From a bacterium (GTDB taxonomy: Bacteria > Bacillota > Clostridia > Lachnospirales > Lachnospiraceae): a stretch of 35,687 nt of DNA. Where the stretch lies: assembly GCA_963640215.1 (NCBI GenBank), contig CAVHZK010000141.1:1-35687 (forward strand). Direction: 5' to 3'. The notes under the pieces are model-generated. The model did not search any database, was not told where the DNA came from, and worked only from the letters and a program-made list of their open reading frames with translations. The translations under genes and the position numbers were made by a program. Positions 18,445 through 28,782 of the stretch are shown one piece after another; positions within the stretch are counted from its first letter, which is position 1; every line of letters begins with the position of its first letter.

Positions 18445-18942
18445 ATGGCAATCAGGACAATCAGGAAAGACGGCGATCCCATACTCCGCAAGGAATGCAA
18501 GGAAGTAAAGGAGCTGACGGAGCGCATATCGGTACTCATAGATGATATGTTTGACACTATGTATGAGGCCAACGGAGTCGGACTTGCCGCTCCGCAGGTC
18601 GGCATACTTAAGCGTATATTTGTAGTTGATGTAGGCATGGATGAGCCGGAGCCCTATGTATTTATCAATCCGGTTATATTAGAGAAGAGCGGCGAGCAGA
18701 CCGGCAACGAGGGCTGCTTAAGCGTACCGGGATATCAGGGCGAGGTCACGAGAGCAGAGCGTCTAAAGGTGAGAGCCTTTGATGCCGATATGCAGGAGTT
18801 TGAGATGGAGGCCGAGGGACTCCTCGCAAGGTGCATACAGCATGAGGAGGATCACCTGCATGGTGTGCTCTATGTGGACAAGGTAAATGGAGAGCTCTCG
18901 GAGGTCACAGCCGAGGAGGAGACTGAGGACAACGCAGAGTAG
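18445..18942 (+). CDS. def: Peptide deformylase
   Basis: Motifs GVGLAAPQ, EGCLS and HEEDH. Start taken at the ATG giving MAIRTIRKDGDPILR. The track GTG at 18433 overlaps the priA stop and remains an alternative. Confidence 0.92.
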   Translation: MAIRTIRKDGDPILRKECKEVKELTERISVLIDDMFDTMYEANGVGLAAPQVGILKRIFVVDVGMDEPEPYVFINPVILEKSGEQTGNEGCLSVPGYQGEVTRAERLKVRAFDADMQEFEMEAEGLLARCIQHEEDHLHGVLYVDKVNGELSEVTAEEETEDNAE

Positions 18943-19003
18943 CCAAGTCCTAAAGCACAGACAAAAGCAGTGAGAGAGTCCGCACGAGGATAGAAAGCAT
19001 AGG

Positions 19004-19942
19004 ATGAGAATCATTTTCATGGGCACGCCGGATTTCGCGGCGGTCAATCTTGAATATCTGCATAAGGCAGGACACGAGATAATAGCTGTGGTAAGCCAGC
19101 CCGACAAGCCTGTCGGACGGCACGGAGAGCTTAAGCCTACGGCAGTTAAGCAAAAGGCGACAGAGCTTGGCATCAGCAGGATACTTCAGCCGGAGCATCC
19201 CTCGGATCCGTCATTTGCAGAGTATCTCAGAGAGCTTGACCCGGATGTGATAGTAGTCACGGCGTACGGCAGGATACTCAAGAAGACCATACTTGATATA
19301 CCTAAGCACGGCTGCATCAATGTACATGCTTCATTGCTCCCGAGGTGGAGAGGGGCAGCGCCCATACAATGGGCAATTATCGAGGGAGACAAGGAGACCG
19401 GCGTTACTGCCATGCAGATGAACGAGGGACTCGATACCGGAGATATATTGGCAGTAAAGAAGATAAATATTTCGCCGGATGAGACCGGAGGATCGCTCTT
19501 TGACAAACTCGCGGTACTTGGAGGCGAGCTTATATGCGAGACACTTACAGCACTTGAGGCGGGAGAGCTGCATCCCATGCCGCAAGGCGAGGAGGGCGCC
19601 TGCTACGCCAAGCAGCTTACCAAGGCTATGGGAGATATAGACTGGAGTCAGGATGCAGAGAGCATAGAGAGACTGATACGAGGACTCTCTCCGTGGCCGG
19701 GAACCTACACCTATTACGATGGACATACGCTTAAATTACACAAGGCAGCACTTGCTGATGGAGCTTTATTTGCAGACAAGGCAGAGACCGGCAGCCTGCT
19801 CGTAAGAGACGACAGAGTATACGTTGCCTGCGGCAGCGGAGCCTTGGAGATACTTGAGCTTCAGCCAGAGAGCAGAAAGCGCATGAATACGAGAGATTAT
19901 CTGAGAGGCAATACGCTACACGGACGCCTCGGAAGGGAATAA
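19004..19942 (+). CDS. fmt: Methionyl-tRNA formyltransferase
   Basis: RIIFMGTPDFA N-terminus, HASLLPRWRGAAPIQ motif, and a C-terminal tRNA-binding domain pattern. Confidence 0.93.
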   Translation: MRIIFMGTPDFAAVNLEYLHKAGHEIIAVVSQPDKPVGRHGELKPTAVKQKATELGISRILQPEHPSDPSFAEYLRELDPDVIVVTAYGRILKKTILDIPKHGCINVHASLLPRWRGAAPIQWAIIEGDKETGVTAMQMNEGLDTGDILAVKKINISPDETGGSLFDKLAVLGGELICETLTALEAGELHPMPQGEEGACYAKQLTKAMGDIDWSQDAESIERLIRGLSPWPGTYTYYDGHTLKLHKAALADGALFADKAETGSLLVRDDRVYVACGSGALEILELQPESRKRMNTRDYLRGNTLHGRLGRE

Positions 19943-19944
19943 GC

Positions 19945-20637
19945 ATGTATTATTACTATTATGATTGGACATATATACTTGTACTTATAGGATTGGGTCT
20001 TTCACTGTGGGCATCACACAATGTAAATGGACTCATCAGGCAGTACAGGAAGGTTAATTCCTCCACAGGTCTCACGGCAGCGGAGGCAGCTAAGCACATC
20101 TTAAATGACAATGGCATATATGACGTGTCGGTCAGGATGATATCCGGTGCGGCATCGGATTATTACAGCCCCGCCAACAAGGAGGTCTGTCTCCTTAGCG
20201 AGAATTATAATTCAACTAGCATAGCCAGTATAGGCATAGCGGCACATGAGTGCGGACACGCCATACAGGACGCTACGGGGTATTTCCCACTCACTCTCCA
20301 GAGGAGTCTCGCACCGGTATGCTCATTTGCTTCCAACGCGGGAATATATGCTGTCATCATAGGCTTGTTTATCTCATCTACACCGCTCTTAAATATAGGC
20401 ATTATATTATTTTCATTGGGAGTGGCATTCTCTGTATTGCTGCTTCCGATAGAATACAACGCCTCCAACCGCGCTTTAAGGATACTTGAGGGCGAGCGGC
20501 TGATGCAGGGCGAGGATCTGGCTGCAGCCAAGAAGGTGCTCAGAGCAGCCGGACTTACTTATGTGGCGGCAGCGACAGCTTCGATACTGCAGTTATTGAG
20601 GCTATTGATGCTAGCCAGAGGACGCAGAGACCGATGA
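19945..20637 (+). CDS. YugP-like putative neutral zinc metallopeptidase (membrane protein)
   Basis: HECGHAIQ (HExxH) between an N-terminal TM helix and C-terminal TM helices. Starts 2 nt after the fmt stop, and its stop overlaps the rsmB start (ATGA). Confidence 0.8.
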   Translation: MYYYYYDWTYILVLIGLGLSLWASHNVNGLIRQYRKVNSSTGLTAAEAAKHILNDNGIYDVSVRMISGAASDYYSPANKEVCLLSENYNSTSIASIGIAAHECGHAIQDATGYFPLTLQRSLAPVCSFASNAGIYAVIIGLFISSTPLLNIGIILFSLGVAFSVLLLPIEYNASNRALRILEGERLMQGEDLAAAKKVLRAAGLTYVAAATASILQLLRLLMLARGRRDR

Positions 20638-22019
20638 GGGTATTTGCTGCCAAAAAATCTATACATATCAGAGATTATCAAAATGCGCGTGATATCGCGC
20701 TTTTTGTGCTGATTGAGATATGCGAAAACAGGCGCAAATCCAACACTCTGCTCAGAGAGACCTTCCGTGAGGTTCAGCAAAACGGAGCAAGGCTAGATGC
20801 CACTGACAGAGCATTTATAGAGCGCATAGTTATAGGCAGTTTAGATAGGCTGATCAGCCTTGATGCTATATTGGAGCGCTTCCTTACTAAGCCGATGAAG
20901 GTACAGAAGCCGCTCATAAGGGCATTGCTACGCTTAAGTCTCTATCAGATATTATATATGGATAGGGTGCCTGACAGCGCCACAGTTAATGAGGCTGTAG
21001 AGTTGGTTAAGCTCCACGGCATGGAGGGCATGTCAGGACTTGTGAACGGAGTCCTGCGCTCTGTAGTGCGCGAGAAGGAAGCCGGCGGAGCAAAGACAGA
21101 CCTAAGCGGCAGCTTGTCTCTTAAATATGCCCTGCCGGAGTGGATGATAGCTCGGTTTGATGCCGAGTACGGCAGCAAGCTGGCAGAGCGCATATATGCA
21201 GCCTACCTTGCGGAACGCAGCGAGACTGTCAGACTGAATACATCCAAGGCGGCAGAGCGTGATATAGTTGAGAGTCTCATGCAGGAGGGCTTTGAACTTA
21301 AGTCTATAGATATGGAGGAGCTTTTAGAGAGCTCACTGTACCAAGGTAAGCCTGACGGTGCGCTCCCGGTTATGTATGAGATAACGGGAGGAGGAGATGT
21401 TACGCACTCCGAGGCTTTCCGGCATGGATACATCAGCGTGCAGGATCCCGCCTCAGCCTTGGTGGCAAGCTTTGCTGCGCCCATGAGCGGTGACAACGTA
21501 ATAGATGTATGCGCTGCCCCGGGAGGCAAGAGTCTTGCCACGGCAGAGCTTGCAGCTGACCAGTGCAGGATAGAGGCAAGAGATGTCTCACGTCAGAAGA
21601 CAGCTCTCATAGAGGAAAATGTCAAACGCTGCGGATATAACAGCATAAGCGTGAGAGTACTTGACGCACTCTGCGAGGATGAGGACAGCTTATACAGGGC
21701 AGACATACTGCTTGCAGATCTTCCCTGTTCGGGGCTCGGAGTCATAGCCAAGAAGCCGGATATCAAGCTTAACCTGGAGCCATATTCCATAGCTGAGCTT
21801 CAAAGCCTGCAGCGTGACATACTTAACAACGTGAGTCGCTTTGTGAAGCCCAAGGGCAGACTTATATACTCGACCTGCACCCTGAGCCATGAGGAAAACG
21901 AGGATAATACAGCCTATATCGAGGCTGAGTTAGGCTTTAGGAAGACGGCAGAGTGCAAGCTCCTCCCGGGCGAGCATAACGACGGCTTCTATATAGCCGT
22001 ATTGCAGAAGAGATACTAA
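20634..22019 (+). CDS. rsmB: 16S rRNA (cytosine967-C5)-methyltransferase RsmB/Sun
   Basis: NusB-like N-terminal domain. SAM motif DVCAAPGGKS, catalytic DLPCSGLG and YSTCT. Confidence 0.9.
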   Translation: MRVFAAKKSIHIRDYQNARDIALFVLIEICENRRKSNTLLRETFREVQQNGARLDATDRAFIERIVIGSLDRLISLDAILERFLTKPMKVQKPLIRALLRLSLYQILYMDRVPDSATVNEAVELVKLHGMEGMSGLVNGVLRSVVREKEAGGAKTDLSGSLSLKYALPEWMIARFDAEYGSKLAERIYAAYLAERSETVRLNTSKAAERDIVESLMQEGFELKSIDMEELLESSLYQGKPDGALPVMYEITGGGDVTHSEAFRHGYISVQDPASALVASFAAPMSGDNVIDVCAAPGGKSLATAELAADQCRIEARDVSRQKTALIEENVKRCGYNSISVRVLDALCEDEDSLYRADILLADLPCSGLGVIAKKPDIKLNLEPYSIAELQSLQRDILNNVSRFVKPKGRLIYSTCTLSHEENEDNTAYIEAELGFRKTAECKLLPGEHNDGFYIAVLQKRY

Positions 22020-22082
22020 GCAAGCAACCATGCCAGCGCTTTTGCTGGTGCCACATATAATGAAAGTACGGATTGCTGCGCG

Positions 22083-23177
22083 ATGGCGCGCTCTCGCATG
22101 GATAAGACAGACCTTGGCGAATTAAATTTCATAGAGATGGAAGACCTGCTCATGAGTCTCGGAGAGCCTAAGTTCAGGGCAAGGCAGCTCTACGAATGGC
22201 TGCATGTTAAGCACGTCACAAGCTTTGACGAAATGCTTAACATCCCCAAGGCGCTGAGAGAGAAACTCGACGCCAAGTACCGCATCACAGTCATGCAGGC
22301 TGAGGATGTACTTATCTCCAAGATAGACGGGACACGCAAATATATATTTGCATTATATGACGGCAATGTCATAGAGGCTGTGCTGATGAAGTACAGGCAC
22401 GGCAACACGGTCTGCATAAGCTCGCAGGTAGGCTGCGCCATGGGATGCCGCTTCTGTGCCTCGACCATTGACGGCTGCGTGCGCAACCTAAGCGCCGCAG
22501 AGATGCTGTCAGAGGTCTACAGAATAGAGTCAGACTTAGGTGAGCGCATATCCAATATAGTGATGATGGGTTCGGGAGAGCCGCTCGCCAATTATGATGA
22601 GACCGTCAGGTTCCTGCGTATGATATCTGACGAGCACGGCACAAATATATCGGCAAGAAACATCACAGTCAGCACCTGCGGCATAGTTCCAGGCATAGAG
22701 AGACTCTCTGACGAGGGGCTGCCCGTGACCTTGGCATTGAGTCTTCACGCACCGACTCAGGACAAGAGGCTAGAGATTATGCCCATAGCCGCAAGCTATG
22801 AGCTTGGCGAGGTGCTTAGAGCCTGTGCTGATTATTATAGCAAGACCGGCAGACGCTTAAGCTTTGAGTATTCCGTGGTAAGCGGAGTAAATGACAGCGA
22901 CGATGAGGCGCATTTACTTGTGAAGCTGCTTAAAGCTTACGCACGAGGCTTGAGGGGACATGAGGGAGCATTTCATGTCAATATCATACCGGTCAATCCG
23001 ATAGAGGAGAGGAATTATCTAAGTCCCGACAGGGACAGAGTTGAACGCTTCAGACAGATATTGGAGCAAAACGGCATAAATGCTACGGTAAGGAGAGAGA
23101 TGGGCAGAGATATAAGCTCTGCCTGCGGACAGCTCAGGAGGAGGCATATTAAGAATGCAAATCCAAGCATTAACTGA
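22083..23177 (+). CDS. rlmN: 23S rRNA/tRNA (adenine-C2)-methyltransferase RlmN (radical SAM)
   Basis: FRARQLYEWLH N-terminus, radical-SAM CxxxCxxC (GCAMGCRFCAS), and C-terminal SSACGQL with the conserved Cys. An alternative start exists at 22098. Confidence 0.92.
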   Translation: MARSRMDKTDLGELNFIEMEDLLMSLGEPKFRARQLYEWLHVKHVTSFDEMLNIPKALREKLDAKYRITVMQAEDVLISKIDGTRKYIFALYDGNVIEAVLMKYRHGNTVCISSQVGCAMGCRFCASTIDGCVRNLSAAEMLSEVYRIESDLGERISNIVMMGSGEPLANYDETVRFLRMISDEHGTNISARNITVSTCGIVPGIERLSDEGLPVTLALSLHAPTQDKRLEIMPIAASYELGEVLRACADYYSKTGRRLSFEYSVVSGVNDSDDEAHLLVKLLKAYARGLRGHEGAFHVNIIPVNPIEERNYLSPDRDRVERFRQILEQNGINATVRREMGRDISSACGQLRRRHIKNANPSIN

Positions 23178-23904
23178 CATAGGCAGGAAACGGCAGGTCA
23201 ATCAGGATTACATATTCCAGAGTACCGAGCCGGTTGGAGCATTTCCCAACCTGTTTATATTGGCAGACGGCATGGGAGGACACAGAGGCGGAGACTTTGC
23301 GTCCAAATATCTGACCGAGACCATGGTCGGATACATATCGCAGAACAGAAATGAGGACATTATCAAGGTACTGAAGAGTGCCATAGGCATGTCCAATACG
23401 CTTGTGTACGAGAAATCCCATTCTGATCCGGCTCTTAACGGCATGGGCTCCACTATGGTGGCAGCAGTTATCCGTGACGGCATACTTACCGTGGCAAATG
23501 TGGGAGATTCGAGACTTTACATTATCCGCGACGGCATAACTCAGGTCACCAAGGATCATTCCTATGTCGAGGAGCAGGTTGCAAACGGCAATATGGAGAG
23601 ATACTCCGACGAATATAACAGGAAGAAAAACATCATCACGAGGGCAGTCGGCATAGAGGACAGCGTAAAGGCTGATTATTTCGAGGTGGACTTAGTAAAA
23701 AATGACTACATTCTGATATGCTCAGACGGACTAACTAACATGGTTGACGATGACACGATATTTGCAGTTATATCCGGTCACGGCAGTATGCAATACAAGA
23801 CAAATACTCTCATAGAGGCTGCCAATGAGAACGGCGGCAATGACAATATAGCAGTTATACTTATCAAATACGAATCCGGGGACGGTGAGACTGATGTTAA
23901 ATAA
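23155..23904 (+). CDS. prpC: PP2C-family Ser/Thr protein phosphatase (PrpC/Stp)
   Basis: TDIGRKRQVNQDY, ADGMGGH and CSDGL motifs. Overlaps the rlmN 3' end by 23 nt. Confidence 0.9.
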   Translation: MQIQALTDIGRKRQVNQDYIFQSTEPVGAFPNLFILADGMGGHRGGDFASKYLTETMVGYISQNRNEDIIKVLKSAIGMSNTLVYEKSHSDPALNGMGSTMVAAVIRDGILTVANVGDSRLYIIRDGITQVTKDHSYVEEQVANGNMERYSDEYNRKKNIITRAVGIEDSVKADYFEVDLVKNDYILICSDGLTNMVDDDTIFAVISGHGSMQYKTNTLIEAANENGGNDNIAVILIKYESGDGETDVK

Positions 23905-26296
23905 CGGCGACATACTTGACGGAAGATATCGGATAGTCTCCAAGATAGGTCAGGGCGGCATGGCGGCAGTATACAGAGCCCGCGACCTTAAGTTAGAGAG
24001 GGACGTAGCCATTAAGCTGCTCAAACGGGAATATTCGCAGGATGCGGAATTCATAGAGCGGTTTAAGAATGAGGCGCGCTCAGCAGCCAAGCTGTCTCAT
24101 TCCAATATAGTAGCAGCCTACGATATAGTAAACAGCGGCGACATGCACTATATAGTCATGGAGCTTGTTGAGGGTATAACCCTGCGTGACTATATCGCGA
24201 GAAAGGGCAGGCTCTCCAACAAGGAGACCATAGGTACTGCTCTGCAGACTGCGGAGGGCTTGAGTGAGGCGCACAGAAACGGCATAATCCACAGGGATAT
24301 CAAGAGTCAGAATATCATTATCTCCAAGGAAGGCCGTATCAAGATAGGGGATTTTGGCATAGCCAAGGCGGCAAGCACTGACAACAGCGGACAACCAGTC
24401 ATAGGCTCGGCACATTATATAGCGCCTGAGCAGGCAGCAGGCGGAGAGGCGGATGCACGCTCGGATCTCTACTCCCTCGGCATATCCATGTACGAGATGA
24501 TAACGGGTCGCCTGCCATTCCAGGGTGAGGATGCACAGAATGTCATCATGGCGCACATGCACGATGCCATGGTGCCACCCAATGTATATAACAGCGGCAT
24601 CTACCCCGCTCTCAACGATATCATCATCAAGGCGACCAAGAAGTCACCTGAGGACAGATACCAGTCGGCAGAGGAGCTGATAGAAGATCTAAAGCATGCG
24701 GCAGCAGAGCCGAACGGACATTTTGTGAAGATGTATGACTCTGTTCCGTCCGGAAGCCATGAGGGCGTGGATAATGCTGGAACCTTGGGCGGCAGCACGG
24801 ATCATACTGACGTAGCAGCGGGTGCAGCTGCTCACTTGGGCACAACAGCGGCGGGTACCCCAGACTCAGCCGGCAGCGACAACTTAGGCAGAGCTTTTAC
24901 ATCGGATGCAGAGCAGGGCATGGGAGCTCATGCTGCCGGCAGCAGCCAAAGTGGTACAGAGTCAGAGCACAAAGGCAGCTCACTTGAGGATTTCCTCAAC
25001 GGTGAGGATGATGACTACGAGGTTAAGCGTCATGCGCACAGAGGCAGCAGGGGCGGCATCTTGGAGAGCTATGAGGACTCCAAGACCAAGCTGATGATAG
25101 CCGGCATAACCGCTGCTGTGGTCGTATTGGCTCTAATCATAGGCATGTTTGTATTGCAATCGGGAAACACCGCACACGATGCCGCAGAGTCCAAGCTCCA
25201 GAGTACTGTGAGCGAGACGACCACCTCCAAGAGTGAGGAGACCGACAAGGACGCGGATTATACCTTGAGCATACAGGGCGAGGATATAATGCCTGATCTC
25301 ATAGGCAAGACCGTAGATGAGGCGAGGGCACAGCTTGCGACTATACGTATGAGCATGGATTCGTCCACTACGGATTATTCGGATAAGTATGCCAAGGGCA
25401 CGATTATGAATCAGAGTCCTGCCGCCAATGAGGTACTTACCTCAGACTCGACAGTCTATGTTACAGTCTCACTTGGTAAGAGGACAGATTATGTGTTAGA
25501 CAATCTCAAGAACATGAGCCGCGAGGATGCCGTGAAGGTCATAGAGGAAGCCGGTATGGCAGTAAGCGACACGGACGACAGAGCATTTGTCGAGGATGTG
25601 GCAGAGGATCAGGTCGCAGGATATAAGGAGGACGGCACCACTCAGGACGGCAAGCGCCGCGTGAAGCTCGTGCTTAGCTATGGCAAGAAGGATGATTATG
25701 TGCAGATGCCGGATATATGCAATATCTCTATAAGCGATGTAGCCGATATCCTCAAGGAAAGCAACCTGTCCATAGGTACCATTACGGCGCTGAATACCTC
25801 TGATGCCGTAGAGACCGACGTGGTAACTCAGTCTGTCAAGGCGCAGGATTACGTCAAGAAGGGCTCGACCATAGATGTCACCGTCTGCGTGGGAGACGAC
25901 GATCACATAGCTGACGGCACAGTATTTGATGATGTAAATGAGCTCCTGTCGATATTAAGTCCCAAGGAGAGCCAGTCAAGCTCGCAGAGCAGCAGCTCAA
26001 CTGACGGAGCTTATTATTACGGCAGCATAGATACTACCTGCATAGTAGGAGAGGCGGAAGGCCCCGGAGCCTCCAACAATCTGTTAGTGGCAGTAAGGCT
26101 GAGCCAGAGAGTGGACGGTTCCATGGAATATACGGCCATCAGTGAACCTATACCCGTAGCCGCCGGAACCAAGATACCTGTGTCCTACCGCAATATCAAG
26201 GGAGCCTACGGAGTGACAGAGGGCACCGTCGAGGTATATGATGTGGACTCAGGCACGGTCTACAGCTCCTACGTCATCAAGTTCTCCAAGAAATAA
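23894..26296 (+). CDS. prkC: Ser/Thr protein kinase with extracellular PASTA repeats (PrkC/Stk)
   Basis: Hanks kinase motifs GQGGMAAVY, HRDIKSQN, DFG and APE. Single TM helix (LMIAGITAAVVVLALIIGMFVL). Three PASTA-like repeats and an extra C-terminal beta-rich domain. ATG at 23894 preferred; GTG at 23885 is possible. Confidence 0.9.
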   Translation: MLNNGDILDGRYRIVSKIGQGGMAAVYRARDLKLERDVAIKLLKREYSQDAEFIERFKNEARSAAKLSHSNIVAAYDIVNSGDMHYIVMELVEGITLRDYIARKGRLSNKETIGTALQTAEGLSEAHRNGIIHRDIKSQNIIISKEGRIKIGDFGIAKAASTDNSGQPVIGSAHYIAPEQAAGGEADARSDLYSLGISMYEMITGRLPFQGEDAQNVIMAHMHDAMVPPNVYNSGIYPALNDIIIKATKKSPEDRYQSAEELIEDLKHAAAEPNGHFVKMYDSVPSGSHEGVDNAGTLGGSTDHTDVAAGAAAHLGTTAAGTPDSAGSDNLGRAFTSDAEQGMGAHAAGSSQSGTESEHKGSSLEDFLNGEDDDYEVKRHAHRGSRGGILESYEDSKTKLMIAGITAAVVVLALIIGMFVLQSGNTAHDAAESKLQSTVSETTTSKSEETDKDADYTLSIQGEDIMPDLIGKTVDEARAQLATIRMSMDSSTTDYSDKYAKGTIMNQSPAANEVLTSDSTVYVTVSLGKRTDYVLDNLKNMSREDAVKVIEEAGMAVSDTDDRAFVEDVAEDQVAGYKEDGTTQDGKRRVKLVLSYGKKDDYVQMPDICNISISDVADILKESNLSIGTITALNTSDAVETDVVTQSVKAQDYVKKGSTIDVTVCVGDDDHIADGTVFDDVNELLSILSPKESQSSSQSSSSTDGAYYYGSIDTTCIVGEAEGPGASNNLLVAVRLSQRVDGSMEYTAISEPIPVAAGTKIPVSYRNIKGAYGVTEGTVEVYDVDSGTVYSSYVIKFSKK

Positions 26297-26300
26297 GCGG

Positions 26301-27185
26301 ATGACTGGCAAGATAATCAAGGGAATAGGCGGTTTTTACTATATACATGCTCCGCAGACAGACAGGGTATATTCGTGCAGGGCTGTAGGCATCTTCAGGA
26401 GGATAGGCATCAAGCCGCTCGTAGGAGATAATGCCGAGTTTGAGCTCTTGGATGAATACAGACAGGAGGGGAGTCTGACCCGCATACTCGAGAGGGACAA
26501 CGTACTCATACGTCCAGCAGTAGCCAATATAGATCAGGCGCTGGTGGTGTTCGCGGTAAGAGAGCCGGATCTCAACAGCAACCTCCTCGACCGCTTCCTT
26601 ATATATATGGGAATGCAGGATATACCGGTGAGTATATTCCTAAACAAATCCGATTTAGATCGTGACGGACTGATGGAGCATTATCGTGATATATACGAGA
26701 GGGCAGGATACAGAGTCCTGTGCGGTTCCACGGAGCATGAGACCGATGTAGACCGGATAAAGCTTATCTGCAAGGGGAGGACTACTGTCCTTGCCGGTCC
26801 GTCAGGAGTAGGCAAATCCTCGCTCACCAATAAGCTCAACGACGGGGTATGCATGGAGGTCGGCGAGCTCTCAGCCAAGATTAAGCGTGGCAGGCAGACG
26901 ACGAGACACACAGAGCTGTTCACGATAGACGCAGAGAGTTATGTGTTGGATACTCCCGGATTTACCTCCTTAAATGTCACAGGCATAGACAAGGAGCAGT
27001 TGGGCTTTTATTTTGAGGAATTTAATGCCTACTTCGATAAATGCAAATACTCTGTCTGCAGTCATATATATGAATCAGCAGATATCTGTGCCGTAAAGCG
27101 TGCAGTAGAGGACGGCAGCATAGCGCAAGAGCGCTATGACAATTACAGACTTATCTACGAGGAGCTAAAGAGTCGCGAGCGGTGA
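26301..27185 (+). CDS. rsgA: Ribosome small-subunit-dependent GTPase A (RsgA/CpgA)
   Basis: Circularly permuted GTPase: NKSDL precedes GPSGVGKSS. C-terminal zinc-finger motif (Cys/His cluster in CKYSVCSHIYESADICAV). Start at MTGKIIKGIGGFYYI (ATG 26301); the track start at 26238 lies inside prkC. Confidence 0.92.
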   Translation: MTGKIIKGIGGFYYIHAPQTDRVYSCRAVGIFRRIGIKPLVGDNAEFELLDEYRQEGSLTRILERDNVLIRPAVANIDQALVVFAVREPDLNSNLLDRFLIYMGMQDIPVSIFLNKSDLDRDGLMEHYRDIYERAGYRVLCGSTEHETDVDRIKLICKGRTTVLAGPSGVGKSSLTNKLNDGVCMEVGELSAKIKRGRQTTRHTELFTIDAESYVLDTPGFTSLNVTGIDKEQLGFYFEEFNAYFDKCKYSVCSHIYESADICAVKRAVEDGSIAQERYDNYRLIYEELKSRER

Positions 27186-27340
27186 TATGGCGGAGACTAC
27201 TGAGACTGAGCAGCGAAAGCCGCGAGTTTCGCTGCAAGCCGAGCCTTAAACAAGGAAGGACTCGCCAATCCGCAGCAAACCCGATAATCCGGAACGGATA
27301 AAGCATGCGTACGGCTACACAAACAAGGAAGAGGAAGAAT

Positions 27341-28006
27341 ATGGATTACATACTAGCGCCATCAATATTATCAGCTGATTTTGCAAGGCTGGGCGAGGCA
27401 GTCGAGACTGTATCAAAGGCAGGCGCTCAATACATACATATAGATGTCATGGACGGTATGTTTGTGCCAAATATCAGCTTCGGCATGCCGGTCATTAAGT
27501 CTGTTAGACCTTGCACAGACAAGGTCTTCGACGTGCACCTTATGATAGAGGAGCCGATAAGATATATCAGGGAATTCGCAGATGCCGGAGCTGATATCAT
27601 CACTGTGCACCATGAGGCGTGCAAGCATTTGGACAGGACAGTGCAGGCAATCCGGGAATGTGGCTGCCGCGCGGGCGTGGCGCTCAATCCTGCGACTCCG
27701 ATACAGGTATTGGAGGATATCCTGGGGCAGTTAGATATGGTGCTCCTCATGAGCGTCAATCCGGGCTTTGGCGGGCAGAACTATATCCCCTATGTTACCG
27801 AGAAGATAATCAAGCTCCGTCGCATCTTAGACGACAGGGGACTTAGCACAGATATAGAGCTTGACGGAGGCGTTACTACGGGCAATGTGCAGGAGCTTGT
27901 GCGGGCAGGCGCCAATATATTTGTTGCGGGCTCCGCTGTATTTAAGGGAGATCCGGCGGCAAATGTGAGAGCTTTTCTAAGTGAGCTTAAGACTGTCAAG
28001 GTATGA
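27341..28006 (+). CDS. rpe: Ribulose-phosphate 3-epimerase
   Basis: [15 protein letters not shown] and DVHLM motifs. ATG at 27341 is preceded by a purine-rich RBS (AGGAAGAGGAAG). Confidence 0.93.
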   Translation: MDYILAPSILSADFARLGEAVETVSKAGAQYIHIDVMDGMFVPNISFGMPVIKSVRPCTDKVFDVHLMIEEPIRYIREFADAGADIITVHHEACKHLDRTVQAIRECGCRAGVALNPATPIQVLEDILGQLDMVLLMSVNPGFGGQNYIPYVTEKIIKLRRILDDRGLSTDIELDGGVTTGNVQELVRAGANIFVAGSAVFKGDPAANVRAFLSELKTVKV

Positions 28007-28066
28007 AATGATGAGCAGACTTCGAGCAGGGTGATAGAGCATAGGAAGACTTAAGGACGAAAATCC

Positions 28067-28756
28067 ATGATAAAAGACAACATTGAGGAAGTAAGAAACA
28101 ATATACGCGTAGCCTGCGAGCGTGTAGGGCGCGATCCGTCAGAGGTTACCTTGCTTGCCGTGAGCAAAACCAAGCCTATCTCCATGATCAGAGAGTGTAT
28201 GGAGGCAGGACAGAGAGCCTTCGGTGAAAATTATGTGCAGGAGCTTGAAGAAAAGTATGCCCAGCTTGGAAACACAGTTGACTGGCACATGATAGGTCAT
28301 CTCCAGAGAAACAAGGTCAAATACGTCATAGATAAGGTGAGCCTCATACATTCTGTGGATAGCTTGAGACTTGCAGAGCAGATACAGAAGGAGGCTGCCA
28401 AGCTTGAGCATACCGCGCGCGTGCTCTTGGAAGTAAATGTCGCGCACGAGGAGAGTAAGTGGGGATTTACCATAGATGAGACCATAGACGCGGTTAAGGC
28501 AGTAGGTGCCATGCCAGATGTAAAGGTATGCGGCCTCATGACCTCAGCACCCATCACGGAGGATGCAGAGACCAACAGGCAATATTTCAGAGAGCTTAGA
28601 CAGCTCTATGATCACATCGGAGCACTGCATATCCCAAATGTAGATATGCAGGTATTATCCATGGGCATGACAGGTGACTACGTGGTAGCAGTCGAAGAGG
28701 GCTCGACCTTGGTACGCGTCGGTACAGGCATATTCGGCGCGAGAGATTATACTTAA
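28067..28756 (+). CDS. yggS: YggS/YlmE-family pyridoxal-phosphate homeostasis protein
   Basis: PLP lysine motif LLAVSKTK, HMIGHLQRNK and MGMTGDY, as in the alanine-racemase N-terminal fold family. Confidence 0.88.
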   Translation: MIKDNIEEVRNNIRVACERVGRDPSEVTLLAVSKTKPISMIRECMEAGQRAFGENYVQELEEKYAQLGNTVDWHMIGHLQRNKVKYVIDKVSLIHSVDSLRLAEQIQKEAAKLEHTARVLLEVNVAHEESKWGFTIDETIDAVKAVGAMPDVKVCGLMTSAPITEDAETNRQYFRELRQLYDHIGALHIPNVDMQVLSMGMTGDYVVAVEEGSTLVRVGTGIFGARDYT

Positions 28757-28782
28757 GCAGACAGGCATGAAAGAGGTACGAT

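Noticed and set aside
27211-27234. 8-bp hairpin CAGCGAAA-N8-TTTCGCTG between rsgA and rpe
   Set aside because: No U-tract and a modest stem. It cannot be called a terminator or a known RNA motif from sequence alone.
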